DNA of 64,000 nt from Tubulanus polymorphus (Eukaryota; Animalia; Nemertea), in the NCBI RefSeq assembly GCF_964204645.1, contig NC_134026.1, forward strand, positions 10,687,950-10,751,949, in the 5' to 3' direction. Every line of letters starts with the position of its first letter. Position 1 is the stretch's first letter. Made by a program: the position numbers and the translations under genes. The notes under the pieces were generated by a model, which did no database searches, had not been told where the DNA came from, and saw nothing but the letters and a program-made list of their open reading frames with translations. Shown here in pieces: positions 62,807-64,000 of this stretch.

Positions 62807-64000
62807 CTGATAAGTATGTGTTTTGTAATCCACTCGGCAAAACGAATATCAATGAAATACTAACGTTCCCAATCAAATCGATTGCATATTTTCATAGAGC
62901 ATAATCAAGTTTGTGTACATGTACTCCGTCAACTAAACTATTCAATATTCCTGCGCTAGCCAAATATCCAATAGTGAAATAATGCGAGAAAAGCATGTTC
63001 TTATTCAGGTGACACCGCAATTTTTGAAATATACGCCTGAGTGAAATCCGAATACATGTAACACTCTGGATAACATTTAATGATGATGAAGATCATCAAT
63101 AACAATAAGTTCACTGACTAGATAAACAAGATTGAATAATTAAGCACTGTTGTCGCTATTAATTGAGGACTTAAAGTCGTCACTGTGACAAGCAAACATT
63201 GCTTTGAAAGACACCCTTACAGATTTCACAGAGTAGTGGTGTTACAATGTATCCCTATCAACTAAACTAATCCATGGGTATATTCACGTGATATGATTAC
63301 CAGTCATTGCCTCGTACGTAAGTAACTTTGTATGTAACATTCGTAGCTATAAGAGTATTAGAAGTAATTCGATTGATTGGTAACCACGAAGCGGTTTTAT
63401 TTATCACCGGTCGGCATGTCGAAGTAAGTTATTAGTCTTTCGTGTTGAGGGACGTCAAATTTCTCAAGAAAATGCAATTAAGAATGACTCCTGAACAATC
63501 AATGATTGATATCGTGGGAGCCAAATATCAATTGAACTATTTAGAAAATAGAGAGCTCTGAATAACATCAAGGTCTATGAGGTGTTTGTGCTGATTTACA
63601 CAAGGAATATATAACTCGGGTCAAAAATGATAATTTCAGCTCTAGTTCGACGGCTGAAATATCATTCACTTCCATTTCAAATCTATTTTCACAAGAAATA
63701 CAATTACCGGTATATACTTTTATTTGTGTGCTCAAAATGCACTAGATTTCTTGAGTTTTTTGGGAGTATTTTTGTCAAAATAGGGATATGGAGTCGAGTA
63801 AAACTACATACATTTACTAGTAATACTAAGCCTATATCTGTATCTAACAGGGAAATTAAAAGCATTTCTGATGGATAAGCTTGGACGGGAAGATCCTAAA
63901 TGACAGATTATCACCAGCCAGTTACTTATAGACAATGTACGGAGGATACCAGATGGTTTATTGACCAATTTTACCTTAACTCACTTTATTACATAATCAG

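Noticed and set aside
1-64000. Most 60-100 aa ORFs in the supplied track; prokaryotic features (CRISPR, operons), tRNA/rRNA genes
   Set aside because: The sequence is intron-rich eukaryotic DNA. The short ORFs are chance or antisense frames, and no full tRNA cloverleaf, rRNA or repeat-spacer array was seen.

Overview
AT-rich animal (probably marine invertebrate; inference) genomic DNA. The + strand carries almost the whole multi-exon HIRA histone H3.3 chaperone gene: 23 coding exons reconstructed by hand, 460..48332, phases consistent through the TGA, with the first exons upstream of the window. A convergent, uncharacterised EF-hand-like gene lies on the - strand (6 exons, 55316..62806). The HIRA introns are packed with transposons. 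(1) A young but frameshifted, gag-less Gypsy LTR element (738..7823, -) whose Pol has a ~400-aa chromodomain-bearing tail. (2) A deleted DIRS copy (22938..26570). (3) An old DIRS of a second family (31667..44267) hosting a 9-bp-TSD MITE, an LTR-like insert and a near-intact DIRS (37780..43900; ORF1, RT/RNaseH/methyltransferase, tyrosine recombinase). (4) Helentron-like (HINE), hAT-, piggyBac-, Kolobok- and Tc1-like MITEs and LINE remnants. The most interesting signal is at the DIRS ORF1 stop: a single AAA-TGA followed 7 nt later by a strong hairpin, where readthrough would enter the recombinase ORF and a +1 shift would enter the RT ORF.
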